DNA of 64,000 nt, taken from Acidobacteriota bacterium (GTDB lineage: Bacteria; Acidobacteriota; Thermoanaerobaculia; Gp7-AA8). Below the pieces are notes generated by a model that had not been told where the DNA came from, made no database searches, and saw only the letters and a list, made by a program, of their open reading frames with translations. Where the stretch lies: assembly GCA_019244185.1 (NCBI GenBank), contig JAFATB010000011.1, positions 1-64,000 of the forward strand, written 5' to 3'. Shown here in pieces: positions 27,850 through 37,429 of the stretch (position 1 is the first letter of the stretch; every line of letters begins with the position of its first letter). A program made the position numbers and the translations under genes.

Positions 27850-27865
27850 TGCATCGGAGGTGCCA
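27850..27865 (-). promoter_or_regulatory. sigma54 -24/-12 promoter
   Basis: Minus strand TGGCACC-TCCG-ATGCA, GG-N10-GC spacing, just upstream of the peptide SD. Confidence 0.65.
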
Positions 27866-27880
27866 CGCGCGGCGAACGCC

Positions 27881-29347
27881 TCACGACTGCAGCGCGCGAC
27901 GATAGACGGCGTCGTACGTCGCGGCCGATCGCTCCCACGAGAAGTCGCACGCCATCCCGTTTGCCTGCAGCGTTTTCCAGACGGAGCCATCTTTGAAATT
28001 GAGCATCGCCACCCACGTGGCGAGATAGAGGTCGAATGGATGCGCGGCGACGAAGCCGAAGCCGTTCGCGACCTCGCCGTTGGTGCCATCAAAAGGAATC
28101 ACGGTGTCCGCGAGTCCGCCCGTCAGCCGCACGACCGGCAGCGTGCCGTAGCGCAGCGCGTACATCTGATTGAGACCGCACGGCTCGTACATCGACGGCA
28201 TGAGCAGCATGTCGGCGCCGCCGTAGATGCGATGCGCCAGAGCGTTGTCGAAGCCGATCCAGACGCGGCAGTCGTCGGGATGCTCCGACGCGATCTGCAC
28301 GAGCGCGTTCTCGAGCTCCGGCTCGCCGCTGCCGAGAATCGCCAGGCGCGCGCCGGCGTGCAGCAGACGGCGCATCACGGGGATCAGCAGCTGAAAGCCT
28401 TTCTGATCGACGAGGCGCGAGACCGCGCCGACGATCGGCCGCTTCGCGGAGAAACGAAAGCCCGCTTCCTTCGACAGCGCGCGTTTCGCTTTCGTCTTGT
28501 CGCGGAGCGAGTCCGCGTCGTAATGCGCGGGGAGCAGCGGATCGGTGGCGGGATTCCACTCGTCGACGTCGATGCCGTTGAGGATGCCGTTCACCTTGTG
28601 CGACACCGCGCGCAGCACGCCGTCGAGTCCCGCGCCATGCTCGCGCGTCTGGATCTCGCGCGCGTAATTCGGCGAGACGGTCGTGACCTCGTCCGCGAAG
28701 AGAATGGCGCCCTTCATCGGATTCAGCTGCCCGAAATGTTCGAGCGCGTCGGGCGCCCAGTAGCGGCTGTGCAAACCGGTGAGCTCGAACGCATCTGCGC
28801 CGGCCGCGCCCTGATAGTGCAGGTTGTGAATCGTGTACACCGAGCGCGTGCGCGCGAACTGCGGGCTGCCGCGCAAACCGGAGTCGAGATACAGCGGCAG
28901 CAGCGCCGTGTGCCAGTCGTGGCAGTGCAGGATGTCGGGCGCGACGTCGAGCAGCTCGCACGCGCGGATCACCGCGCGGCAGAAGAACGTGTAGCGCAGC
29001 AGAAAGTCGTCGTTGCCGTCCGGCGCGCGCGCGTAGATCTGCTCGCGCTCGAAGAAGTAGTCGTTCGCGACGAGGATCAGCGGCACGTCGCTGCCCGGCA
29101 GCGTCGCGCGCAGGAACGTCGCCTCCGCGATCCAGTTCGCCCAGCTGATGACGACCGTCGGCAGCAGCTGATGCGGCACGATGCCGTTCCTGTCGAACCA
29201 CTGCCGCGCCTGACGGTAGTACGGCATGAACACGGCGACCTCGTGTCCCATCTTCCGCAGCACTTTCGGGAGCGACCCGCACACGTCGCCCAGGCCGCCG
29301 GTCTTGGCGATCGGAGAAACCTCGGACGTTGCGAAGACGACGCGCAT
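27881..29347 (-). CDS. glgA: glycogen synthase
   Basis: KTGGLGDV, HCHDWH, TIHNL.YQG, SRLVDQKG, EPCGLNQMYALRYG. Confidence 0.95.
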   Translation of the reverse strand: MRVVFATSEVSPIAKTGGLGDVCGSLPKVLRKMGHEVAVFMPYYRQARQWFDRNGIVPHQLLPTVVISWANWIAEATFLRATLPGSDVPLILVANDYFFEREQIYARAPDGNDDFLLRYTFFCRAVIRACELLDVAPDILHCHDWHTALLPLYLDSGLRGSPQFARTRSVYTIHNLHYQGAAGADAFELTGLHSRYWAPDALEHFGQLNPMKGAILFADEVTTVSPNYAREIQTREHGAGLDGVLRAVSHKVNGILNGIDVDEWNPATDPLLPAHYDADSLRDKTKAKRALSKEAGFRFSAKRPIVGAVSRLVDQKGFQLLIPVMRRLLHAGARLAILGSGEPELENALVQIASEHPDDCRVWIGFDNALAHRIYGGADMLLMPSMYEPCGLNQMYALRYGTLPVVRLTGGLADTVIPFDGTNGEVANGFGFVAAHPFDLYLATWVAMLNFKDGSVWKTLQANGMACDFSWERSAATYDAVYRRALQS

Positions 29348-30165
29348 CAGCGGATCAGCACCGAGGCATAGCCGACGACGTGCCCGTAGTCGCCGTTCAC
29401 GTCGCCCGAGGTCGCGTGCATGAGGAGCTGCGACTCGGAGGCACCGAGCGCGTTCGCGGCGACGAGCATCGCCGTCGTGGGGATGAAGCCGCACATCGAG
29501 ACGTCGTATTCGTCGACGACGCGCCACAGCTCACGCGGATTGCGCGCGAGCACCTCGTCCAGCGCGAGCTGGTCTTTGCGCAGCGTGGTCTGCTGGTCTT
29601 CGTAGTGATTGAGATCGGAGCTGGCGAGGATGCCGACCGGCTCGTTCGCTTCGCGGATCACGTCCGCGACCGCGCGACCGACGTCTTCCGCGATGTCGTA
29701 GCGATGCGCGCCGAGACAGACCGGCACGAACGTGAACGCGTCGCCGAGCAGGTACTGCAGAAACGGCAGCTGCACCTCGAGCGAGTGTTCACGCGCGTGC
29801 GCTCTTGCATCCTCGGCGAGGAACGCCGACTTCGCGCGCAGCGCATCGGCGAGCGGCGCGTCGATCGCGGCTTCGCCGAGGGGCGTGCGCCACGCGCCGG
29901 CGCTGTTGATGGCCGCGAAGTGGCCGGCGCCGGTGTGATTCGGGCAGAGGATGATGAAGCGGCGCGGGAGTTCCGCGGCGTCGTAAAACGCGGCGGCGAC
30001 GCGGCCGCTGTACATCAGCCCCGCGTGTGGCACGACCGCGCCGATGAAGCGCTGTTTCGCCGCCGCGGGCGGGTTCGCGCGGAAGCACGCGTCCACCTGC
30101 GCCCGCAGCCGCGGCGGCGTTCCCTCGTAGAACGAGCCGGCGACTGCGGGCGGGCGAATGGTCAT
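29347..30165 (-). CDS. amrB: AmmeMemoRadiSam system protein B (MEMO1 family)
   Basis: RPPAVAGSFY, PHAGLMYSG, EHSLEVQLPFLQ, SSDLNHY, SMCG, VVGYA. Confidence 0.93.
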   Translation of the reverse strand: MTIRPPAVAGSFYEGTPPRLRAQVDACFRANPPAAAKQRFIGAVVPHAGLMYSGRVAAAFYDAAELPRRFIILCPNHTGAGHFAAINSAGAWRTPLGEAAIDAPLADALRAKSAFLAEDARAHAREHSLEVQLPFLQYLLGDAFTFVPVCLGAHRYDIAEDVGRAVADVIREANEPVGILASSDLNHYEDQQTTLRKDQLALDEVLARNPRELWRVVDEYDVSMCGFIPTTAMLVAANALGASESQLLMHATSGDVNGDYGHVVGYASVLIR

Positions 30166-30175
30166 CGCCGTAACG

Positions 30176-32719
30176 TTATCTCGGGTAACTCGGCGAATAC
30201 AAAATCGCGTTGAGGAACACCGGCAGCGTGCCGCGCCAGAAGAGGCGGAAGTGCGGATCGTCGGCGAACGTGATCACCTGGCCGCGGCCGTACGGCTCGC
30301 TGACGACGTAGACCGACCCCTTCAGCCGGTCGATCGACTCCGGCCACGCGACGCCGGACACGAGCGGGTCCTTCGCGTCGATGGTCAAGATGTTGTCGAC
30401 TTTGTGCGAGACCGGCAGGAACGCGTTCGTGCCTTCGACCAGCACGGCGGGCGAGCGCGGCACGCCGAACGTGAGATACGAACGGTCGTTCATCGTCGTG
30501 CGGAACGCGGCGCCGGGAACGCGGTAGTCGTTGTAGCGTTCGTCCGTCGCCGGCGCGTCGTCTTTCTTCTTCGGCGGCTCCCACTCTTTCAGCTTCGAGA
30601 TCTCGACGTCTTTCTCACGCAGAAAGTCGCTGCCGTTCTTCACGGCGATGATCGTGCCCCCGTCGCTGACCCACTGCTTCAGTTTGTCGATGCCGCGCTT
30701 GCCGAGGCGGTCGCTGTACCCGCCGTCGGGGAAGACCAGCACCTCGTAGTCGTGGAGGTCGATCGACCGCAGGTTCTCGGCGGAGAGATTCGTGTGCGGG
30801 ATCGGCGTGTCGATGTCGAGGGTGTGCCACAGCATGCCGTACGACGTCGAGTCGCTGCCGGGGCCGCCGATGAGACCGATCTTCGGATCGCGGACGTAGC
30901 GGATCTTCTGTGAGCCGAACGCGGTGCCACCGGTCCAGCCGGATTCGAGCGAGATGATGGAGACGCCGGTGTCGTGCGCGAGCTGCGCGAGCGTCTTGTC
31001 GACATCCGCACCGTTGTTGCCTTTCAGCACGACCAGCGAGCCACGCGCGAACGTGCGGTCGCCGGTGGTGATGTCGCTGTCGATGATGCTGAAGCGCACG
31101 CCCTTCGCGAGCATCTGCCCCGCGAAGCGATAGAGCTGCGGGTCCATGCCGTCGACGACGTAGCCGTACGCCGCCGGCCGGAACGCCGGAGGTGCGTCGA
31201 ACTGGAACGGCTTCGTTCCGGCAGTCAGCGGCCCCGGAACGACGTACGCCTCGACGTTCATCGCCAGCGGCAGCGACCAGGTGGTGAGGTCGTAGAACTC
31301 GTCCGGCTCGTCCGCTTCGGCGCGCGCGCGCTGCGATTCGACGAATCCCTTGCTGAACGCGGGCGTGCGCTCGAGCAGCGTGTTCGCGAGACCACCCAGG
31401 CGTTGGCGCGTGGAAACGACGGCGGTGCCGGCGGGGAACGTGTGCGACTCGCTCGCATCGCGATCGACACGCGAGGCCTTCAGCGTGACCGGAGCGGTGA
31501 GCATCTCCACGCGGACGTCCTGCTTCTGCAGCAGGCCGACGAGCGTGTTGAAGTTCGGCGAGCCGGGAAGGATGAGGAACGTGCTCTTTCCCGCGTCGAT
31601 CTGCGCGCGCGCGGCTTCGGCGGTGTAGCGCAGCAGCGCCTCGCGATTCGCGGCGGCGGTACGGACGGTGGTCATGCCGGTCGTGTAGTGGCGCAGGGCG
31701 CGGTCGCCGAGCGTGAGCGTCGTGCCGTCGTCGCGCTTGATGGCGATGCCGGCGCGGCTGTGGCCGGCCATCTCGTACGTCATGCCGATCGCGCCGTGCA
31801 GCGCGGGCCACGAGTCGCCGTAGCCGGGATAGAAGAGGTCGAAGTCTTCGGCAACGAAGAACGGCCAGCCGCGCTTCGAGAACTCGGCGGCGTTGGCCTT
31901 GCCGAACGTCTCCAGCCACTGCTCGACGTCTTTCGGTAGGTTCGTATTGATCGGCTTCGCGTCGGGCGGGAAAAAGTACGACGACTCGTAGCCCATCTCG
32001 TGGAAGTCGACGAACACCTGCGGGTTCCACTCGCGATACGCGGCGACGCGCGCCTGCGTTTCGCGCTGCGACAGCCACGCCCAGTCGCGGTTCATGTCGA
32101 TGAGGTAGTGGTTGTAGCGGCCGCCCGGCCACGGCTCGAAGTGCTCGAACGCGTCGGGATTCGTGTTCGCCTCTTCGCCGCGCGTGCGCGTGAACCACTG
32201 GATATAGCGCTCGCGTCCGTCGGGATTGAGCAGCGGATCGATGACGACGACGAGGTTGTCGAGGAGCTGCGCGGAGTCGGCATCGCGCAGCAGCGACGAC
32301 GCGACCAGCATCGCCGCTTCCGCCGACGACGACTCGTTGCCGTGCACGCCGAAGCCGAGCCACACGATGGCGGGCGTCGACTTCGCAACGTCCGCTGCAT
32401 GCGCGGCGTCGAGCTCACCCGACGCGAGCTGCGCGACGTTGCGTTTGATGGTGTCGAGCTGCGCGCGGTTCTTCTCGGACGTGATCGTCGCGAGCACGAG
32501 CGGGCGATGCTCGTACGTCTCGCCGATCTGCTTCACCGTGATGAGCGGCGAGCGGCGTGCAAGCTCGTTGAAGTAGTCGAGAATGCGGCTGTGCGGCGTG
32601 AACCGCGCGCCGATCGGATATCCGAGGAACTCCTCGGGGGTGGGGACGGCGCTCTGGGCGAAGGCGAGCGAGGCGAAGAGCGCGAGAACAACGAACCACG
32701 AGGCACTACGTCGGATCAT
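30176..32719 (-). CDS. secreted M14 zinc carboxypeptidase with C-terminal glutamine-amidotransferase-like domain
   Basis: Signal peptide; VHGNE, NPDGRE, DMNRDW, DFHEM. Confidence 0.9.
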   Translation of the reverse strand: MIRRSASWFVVLALFASLAFAQSAVPTPEEFLGYPIGARFTPHSRILDYFNELARRSPLITVKQIGETYEHRPLVLATITSEKNRAQLDTIKRNVAQLASGELDAAHAADVAKSTPAIVWLGFGVHGNESSSAEAAMLVASSLLRDADSAQLLDNLVVVIDPLLNPDGRERYIQWFTRTRGEEANTNPDAFEHFEPWPGGRYNHYLIDMNRDWAWLSQRETQARVAAYREWNPQVFVDFHEMGYESSYFFPPDAKPINTNLPKDVEQWLETFGKANAAEFSKRGWPFFVAEDFDLFYPGYGDSWPALHGAIGMTYEMAGHSRAGIAIKRDDGTTLTLGDRALRHYTTGMTTVRTAAANREALLRYTAEAARAQIDAGKSTFLILPGSPNFNTLVGLLQKQDVRVEMLTAPVTLKASRVDRDASESHTFPAGTAVVSTRQRLGGLANTLLERTPAFSKGFVESQRARAEADEPDEFYDLTTWSLPLAMNVEAYVVPGPLTAGTKPFQFDAPPAFRPAAYGYVVDGMDPQLYRFAGQMLAKGVRFSIIDSDITTGDRTFARGSLVVLKGNNGADVDKTLAQLAHDTGVSIISLESGWTGGTAFGSQKIRYVRDPKIGLIGGPGSDSTSYGMLWHTLDIDTPIPHTNLSAENLRSIDLHDYEVLVFPDGGYSDRLGKRGIDKLKQWVSDGGTIIAVKNGSDFLREKDVEISKLKEWEPPKKKDDAPATDERYNDYRVPGAAFRTTMNDRSYLTFGVPRSPAVLVEGTNAFLPVSHKVDNILTIDAKDPLVSGVAWPESIDRLKGSVYVVSEPYGRGQVITFADDPHFRLFWRGTLPVFLNAILYSPSYPR

Positions 32720-32760
32720 GCGGTTACCCCTCGGGCAGCGGATTGTAAAAGGAGTTGCGA

Positions 32761-33018
32761 TTGCTGTTGCAGGCTTTGTCGGTCTTCGGAGCCGTGTTGG
32801 TTCTCACCGCGTTCGCGGCGCATCAGACGCATCGCATGCGCTCGGGAACGATCGTGTATCAGAGTCTCAACTGCGCCGGCGGATTGTTCCTCACCATCGT
32901 GGCCGTCGTCGAGAAACAGTACGGCTTCATTCTGATGGAAGGCTCGTGGGCGCTGCTGAGCGCGTGGGGATTGTTCAAGGTGCTGACCGATCCCGCGACG
33001 TGGCGCGGTCCGGAATGA
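32761..33018 (+). CDS. CBU_0592-like small membrane protein
   Basis: Three TM helices; GAVLVLTAF, YQSLN, QYGFILME.SW; AAGGAG SD. Confidence 0.75.
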   Translation: MLLQALSVFGAVLVLTAFAAHQTHRMRSGTIVYQSLNCAGGLFLTIVAVVEKQYGFILMEGSWALLSAWGLFKVLTDPATWRGPE

Positions 33019-33027
33019 CGCGCGGCG

Positions 33028-34440
33028 CTACGACTCGACGGCGGCGACTTCGTCTTCGGCGACCGCGTTCGACTTCGCGTGAATGCCGAGGCGCTTCATC
33101 ATCTCGTTCAGGGTCGAAGGCTTCACCTGCAGCAGCTCGGCCGCGCGCTTCTGCACGCCGTTCGCGAGCTCGAGCGACTGCAGGATCATCGTGCGCTCGT
33201 AGTTCGAGACCGCGTCCTTGAGCGAGATCCCTTCTTGCGGCACGACCATCGCCGGCGAGTCGGTACGCGTCGGATAGCGGAGGTAATCGGGGAGCAGCTC
33301 GGGCGTGATGCGGTCGCCGGTGCAGAGCACGACCGCGCGCTCGATCGTGTTCTCGAGCTCGCGCACGTTGCCCGGCCACGGGTGATCCATCATCACGCGC
33401 ATCGCGTCCGCGGTCACGTCGCGCACGATGCGGCGGTTCTCTTCCGAATACTTCTGCAGGAAGTGCTGCACGAGCAGCGGAATGTCTTCGCGGCGGCGAC
33501 GCAGCGGCGGCAGCGTGATGGTGATGACGTTGAGCCGATAGAAGAGATCTTCGCGGAAGGTGCGGTCCGCCATCAGCTTCTGCAGGTCGGCGTTGGTCGC
33601 GGCGATGATGCGCACGTCGACCTTCAGCGTGTCGACGGAGCCGAGGCGCATGAACTCTTTTTCCTGGATCACGCGCAGCAGCTTGGCCTGCGTCTCGAGA
33701 TTGATGTTGCCGATCTCGTCGAGGAAGATCGAACCGCCGTCGGCGACTTCGAAGAGGCCGCGCTTCGTGGCGATCGCGCCGGTGAACGCGCCCTTCATGT
33801 GCCCGAAGAGCGACGACTCGAGGAGCTCCGGCGGCAGCGAGCCGGAGTTGACGGTGACGAACGCGTTGCGCGCGCGCGGGCTGGCGTGGTGGATCGCTTT
33901 CGCGACGAGCTCCTTGCCGGTGCCCGACTCGCCCTGAATGAGGATGTTCGAGCGCGACGGCGCGGCCTGGCGGATGAGATCGAAGATCTTCCGCATCGCC
34001 TCGCTCTTGCCGATGATGTTCGCGTACGAGAACTTCTCGGAGAGCTCGGCTTTGAGCCGCTCGTTCTCGTGCGAGAGCCGCCGCTGCTCGAGCGCCTTGT
34101 TGACCGTGAGGATGACTTCCTCGTTCTTGAACGGCTTGGGGATGTAGTGAAACGCGCCCTGCTTCATCGCCTCGATCGCGCCGTCGATCGACGAGAACGC
34201 CGTGATGACGATGACCGGCAGCGTGGGATTGGCGATGCGGATGGCGCGCAGCGTGTCGATGCCGCTGATGCCCGGCAGCATGACGTCGAGGATGACCAGA
34301 TCGATCTCCTCGGAGCTGTCGAGATAGTTCAGCGCCTCTTCGCCCGTCGTCGCGGAGAGCACGTCGAAACCCTCGCGCCGGAGTACGGCGTCGAGCACGT
34401 CCCGCAGGACTTCTTCGTCATCGACGATCAGAATGCGCAT
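33028..34440 (-). CDS. sigma54-dependent NtrC/AtoC-family response regulator
   Basis: REC (ILIVDDE, LDVMLP, YIPKPF); AAA+ GESGTGKE, GAFTGA, FLDEIG, WPGNVRELEN; Fis-type HTH. Confidence 0.95.
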   Translation of the reverse strand: MRILIVDDEEVLRDVLDAVLRREGFDVLSATTGEEALNYLDSSEEIDLVILDVMLPGISGIDTLRAIRIANPTLPVIVITAFSSIDGAIEAMKQGAFHYIPKPFKNEEVILTVNKALEQRRLSHENERLKAELSEKFSYANIIGKSEAMRKIFDLIRQAAPSRSNILIQGESGTGKELVAKAIHHASPRARNAFVTVNSGSLPPELLESSLFGHMKGAFTGAIATKRGLFEVADGGSIFLDEIGNINLETQAKLLRVIQEKEFMRLGSVDTLKVDVRIIAATNADLQKLMADRTFREDLFYRLNVITITLPPLRRRREDIPLLVQHFLQKYSEENRRIVRDVTADAMRVMMDHPWPGNVRELENTIERAVVLCTGDRITPELLPDYLRYPTRTDSPAMVVPQEGISLKDAVSNYERTMILQSLELANGVQKRAAELLQVKPSTLNEMMKRLGIHAKSNAVAEDEVAAVES

Positions 34441-37193
34441 CAGACTGTGGTGCTGCTGAGAATGGTCGAACTGCTCGGCACCCGTGGCAACGTAATCGAA
34501 AACTCGGCTCCGTGACCGGGCGTCGAGGCGACGGTGATGTCGCCGTCGCTGGCGTGCATGATGCGCCGGCTGATCGCGAGTCCGAGTCCCGTTCCGCCCT
34601 GTCCGCGCTTGGTCGTCACCAGCGGCTCGAAGATGCGCCCGAGCATGTCCGGCGCGATCCCTTTGCCGTCGTCGCGCACGCGGATCACGGCCTGGTCGTG
34701 CTCCTCGCGCGCCGAGATCCAGATGTTGCCGCCGTCGGCGACCGCATCGCGGGCATTGAGCAGAACGTTGGTCAGAACCTGCTGCAGATCGTGAAAGTTC
34801 CCGCGCACGCGCAGCGGCGCGAGCTCGCTGTGCACGGTGATGCGCTTCGCCGCGAGCAGATCTTCATGCAGCGCGAGCGTGGCCACGACGAGATCGGCGA
34901 CGTTCACGAGCTCACGCGTGCGCGGGCGATTGGCGATGAGGTCGAGCAGGTTGTTGACGAGGTGCGAGGCGCGGAACGTCTGCTGCTCCATCTTTTTGAG
35001 GAGCCGGTATTTCGGATCGTCTTCCGGCGTCTCCGCGAGCAGCAGCTGCGCATACGACGAGATGCCGGTGAGCGGCGTGTTCACTTCGTGCGCGACGCCC
35101 GCCGCGAGCAGGCCGAGCGACGCGAGCCGCTCCTTGTCCTGCAGCTCGCGCTCGAGGCGCACGCGATCCGTGACGTCGCCGATGACGAGCACGCGCGCGC
35201 CGTCCGCGACGTCGCCCGCCGACAGCGGACTCGCCGTCACCGTGACTTCTTTCTCGACGCCGCCGTGATTGATGAAGTGCGTGGTCAGCGTGCCGCCGCT
35301 CGCGCGCAGCTCGCGATATGGCGGGAAGAGCTCGTCGATCGACTCGGTCGCATGATCGGAGCCGACGAGGTCCCAGAACGCTCGGTTCGCCGTGAGCACC
35401 GTGCCGTCGGACGCGACCACCGCGATCGCGGACAACGACGACTCGATGATGTTCTCGTTGTACTCCTTGAGCGCGCGGATCTCGTCGAGCTGCCGCCGCA
35501 ACTTGCCGTACAGACGCGAGTTCTCGATCGCCAGCGCGACCGGCGCCGTGAGCGTGCCGATCAGATGCAGGTCGTCGCGCGAGAGCGGCTCCTCGGTCTT
35601 GCGCGTGCCGAGGAGAAGAAGTCCCTGCAACTCGCCACGATTGCGAAGCGGGAACGCATAGCGGTAGCCCGCTTCGAGCAGCTTCCACGGCACTTCCGAT
35701 TTGTCGGGCAGCCGCGGCGCGGTGAGGATCACCGGACCTTCCTTCGGCATCGTGCCGAGATCCTCGGGCGTCATGCGCCGCGGCACGCCCGCTTCCGGCT
35801 CATAGATCAAGAGTGACGACGCCTCGCGCGTGTAGAGGTTCATCTGCTCGACGTGCAGCGTCGTGCGCAGACGCTCGCGCATCATCGCGATCAGCTCGTG
35901 CACGTCGTTGAAGGTCGCGAGCTCCTGCGCGAAGTCCGTCATCGTGCGGCGATGCCGGTAGCTCTCGCGGTAGAGGATCATCTCGATGACGGACTCGATC
36001 TTGCCCTTCACCGGAATCAGCACGCCGGCGATGAGCAGCCCGGAGCTGAACGCGAGGAAGTTGCGCTCCATCGCCGACCGCTCTTCGATGACGCGCGAGA
36101 GGATCACGTTCACCGTCGAGAACGCGATCATGCCGAAGACGAAGGTGACCGAGTACGCCAGCACTTCCTTGATCACCACCTCGACGTCCCACAGCTTGTA
36201 CTTGAGGATCGAGACGGCGAAGGCGAGCGGAATGAACGCGAGCGGCAGGATCGACAGCGTCGTGTTCAGCTGCCCGACCGAGCCGGAGACGAGATACGGA
36301 ATGACGTAGATCGCGACGAACGGGAGGAAGCCGAGGACGAGGCCGAGGTAGATCCACTTGATCTGCTTCTTGCCGATGGGCGCGGCCTGGCGATACGTGA
36401 ACGCGAGCGCGACCACGGCCAGCGTGAAGTAGACCGCGAAGTCGAACAGCTCCCACCGATTGATGACCGCGAACGCGCTCAGCGGCGCCGCGACCGGCAG
36501 CGCGTTGTTGAACAGCAGCAGGTCGAAGTTCCACAGCGCGAGCAGCGTCGGCGGCACGTACAGCCACGCGATCCACGACTGCTTGCGCAACAGCGGCCGC
36601 GGGAACAGCAGGAAGAAGTTGAGCGCGAGCGGAGGGAGGAAGATCCGCGCGAGCTCCTCGGTCATCTGCAGGAGCTTGTAGCTCCAGTCGATGTCGCCCG
36701 CCGGCGTGTAGACGTAGACGATGAACGACAGCAGCGTGACGAAGTAGAAGAGCCGGCTCTCGCTCGTCTCGCCGCGGAACAGCGTGAAGAGACCGATGGC
36801 GAGATAGAGGAAGCCGATGAAGCTGAGGATGAGATACGGATAGTCGATCTTCAGTTCCGGCGGGCGGTACTGGATCGTGAGCGTCGCGCCGTGACGCGCG
36901 ACGAGCATCGGCACGGTCTGCCCGATGCGGCGCAGCGTCTTCTGAACTCCTTCGACTTCGTTCGTCGGCGTATCGCCGATCAGCCAGATCGCATCGCCGG
37001 GCCGCAGCCCCGCCTGCGCCGCGCCGCTGCCGGGATCGACGTTCTGCACGACGATGACGCCGTTGTCGCGGCGGAACGTGAAGTCGATGCGCTCGAACGA
37101 GGAGCGCTTGCGCTGGAAGGAAACGAACGCGCCAAGCACCAGGCCGACCGTAAAGACGGCGAGGAGCAGATTCGCGATGTGCCTCCTGCGCAT
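34440..37193 (-). CDS. membrane histidine kinase, PDZ-multiTM-GAF-PAS-HisKA-HATPase
   Basis: PDZ (VDPGSGAAQAGLRPGD); about 9 TM helices; GAF ending ALAIENSRLY; H-box AHEVNTPL; N, G1, F and G2 boxes. Confidence 0.92.
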   Translation of the reverse strand: MRRRHIANLLLAVFTVGLVLGAFVSFQRKRSSFERIDFTFRRDNGVIVVQNVDPGSGAAQAGLRPGDAIWLIGDTPTNEVEGVQKTLRRIGQTVPMLVARHGATLTIQYRPPELKIDYPYLILSFIGFLYLAIGLFTLFRGETSESRLFYFVTLLSFIVYVYTPAGDIDWSYKLLQMTEELARIFLPPLALNFFLLFPRPLLRKQSWIAWLYVPPTLLALWNFDLLLFNNALPVAAPLSAFAVINRWELFDFAVYFTLAVVALAFTYRQAAPIGKKQIKWIYLGLVLGFLPFVAIYVIPYLVSGSVGQLNTTLSILPLAFIPLAFAVSILKYKLWDVEVVIKEVLAYSVTFVFGMIAFSTVNVILSRVIEERSAMERNFLAFSSGLLIAGVLIPVKGKIESVIEMILYRESYRHRRTMTDFAQELATFNDVHELIAMMRERLRTTLHVEQMNLYTREASSLLIYEPEAGVPRRMTPEDLGTMPKEGPVILTAPRLPDKSEVPWKLLEAGYRYAFPLRNRGELQGLLLLGTRKTEEPLSRDDLHLIGTLTAPVALAIENSRLYGKLRRQLDEIRALKEYNENIIESSLSAIAVVASDGTVLTANRAFWDLVGSDHATESIDELFPPYRELRASGGTLTTHFINHGGVEKEVTVTASPLSAGDVADGARVLVIGDVTDRVRLERELQDKERLASLGLLAAGVAHEVNTPLTGISSYAQLLLAETPEDDPKYRLLKKMEQQTFRASHLVNNLLDLIANRPRTRELVNVADLVVATLALHEDLLAAKRITVHSELAPLRVRGNFHDLQQVLTNVLLNARDAVADGGNIWISAREEHDQAVIRVRDDGKGIAPDMLGRIFEPLVTTKRGQGGTGLGLAISRRIMHASDGDITVASTPGHGAEFSITLPRVPSSSTILSSTTV

Positions 37194-37213
37194 GGCCAGA
37201 ACCGCTGACGGCA

Positions 37214-37229
37214 TTCAATGCGGGTGCCG
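37214..37229 (-). promoter_or_regulatory. sigma54-like promoter of the kinase/NtrC operon
   Basis: Minus strand CGGCACC-CGCA-TTGAA, 20 nt upstream of ATG 37193. Confidence 0.45.
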
Positions 37230-37399
37230 CGCGAAAAACCGCGCTAACCCGTTGATTCGCAACGTTGAATCGCGCTCCGGATTTCCGAAAGAAGCGCGCA
37301 CGGCTCCAAGGCGTTGGATTTGGGACGCATATTTTTGGAGCGTATGCGCGACGCCGGGGATGCGATCGACGTGCGCTGTAGCCGTGCTTGCCACAATCA

Positions 37400-37415
37400 C
37401 GGAGTCATTTTTGCA
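37400..37415 (+). promoter_or_regulatory. sigma54-like promoter of the MEDS gene
   Basis: CGGAGTC-ATTT-TTGCA with GG-N10-GC spacing; 15/16 identical to the site at 50938-50953. Confidence 0.55.
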
Positions 37416-37429
37416 AAGCGTGTAGGACC

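Noticed and set aside
29347-30165. Complete AmmeMemoRadiSam system or a functional link to glgA
   Set aside because: amrA and amrS are absent here; adjacency to glgA alone is not evidence.
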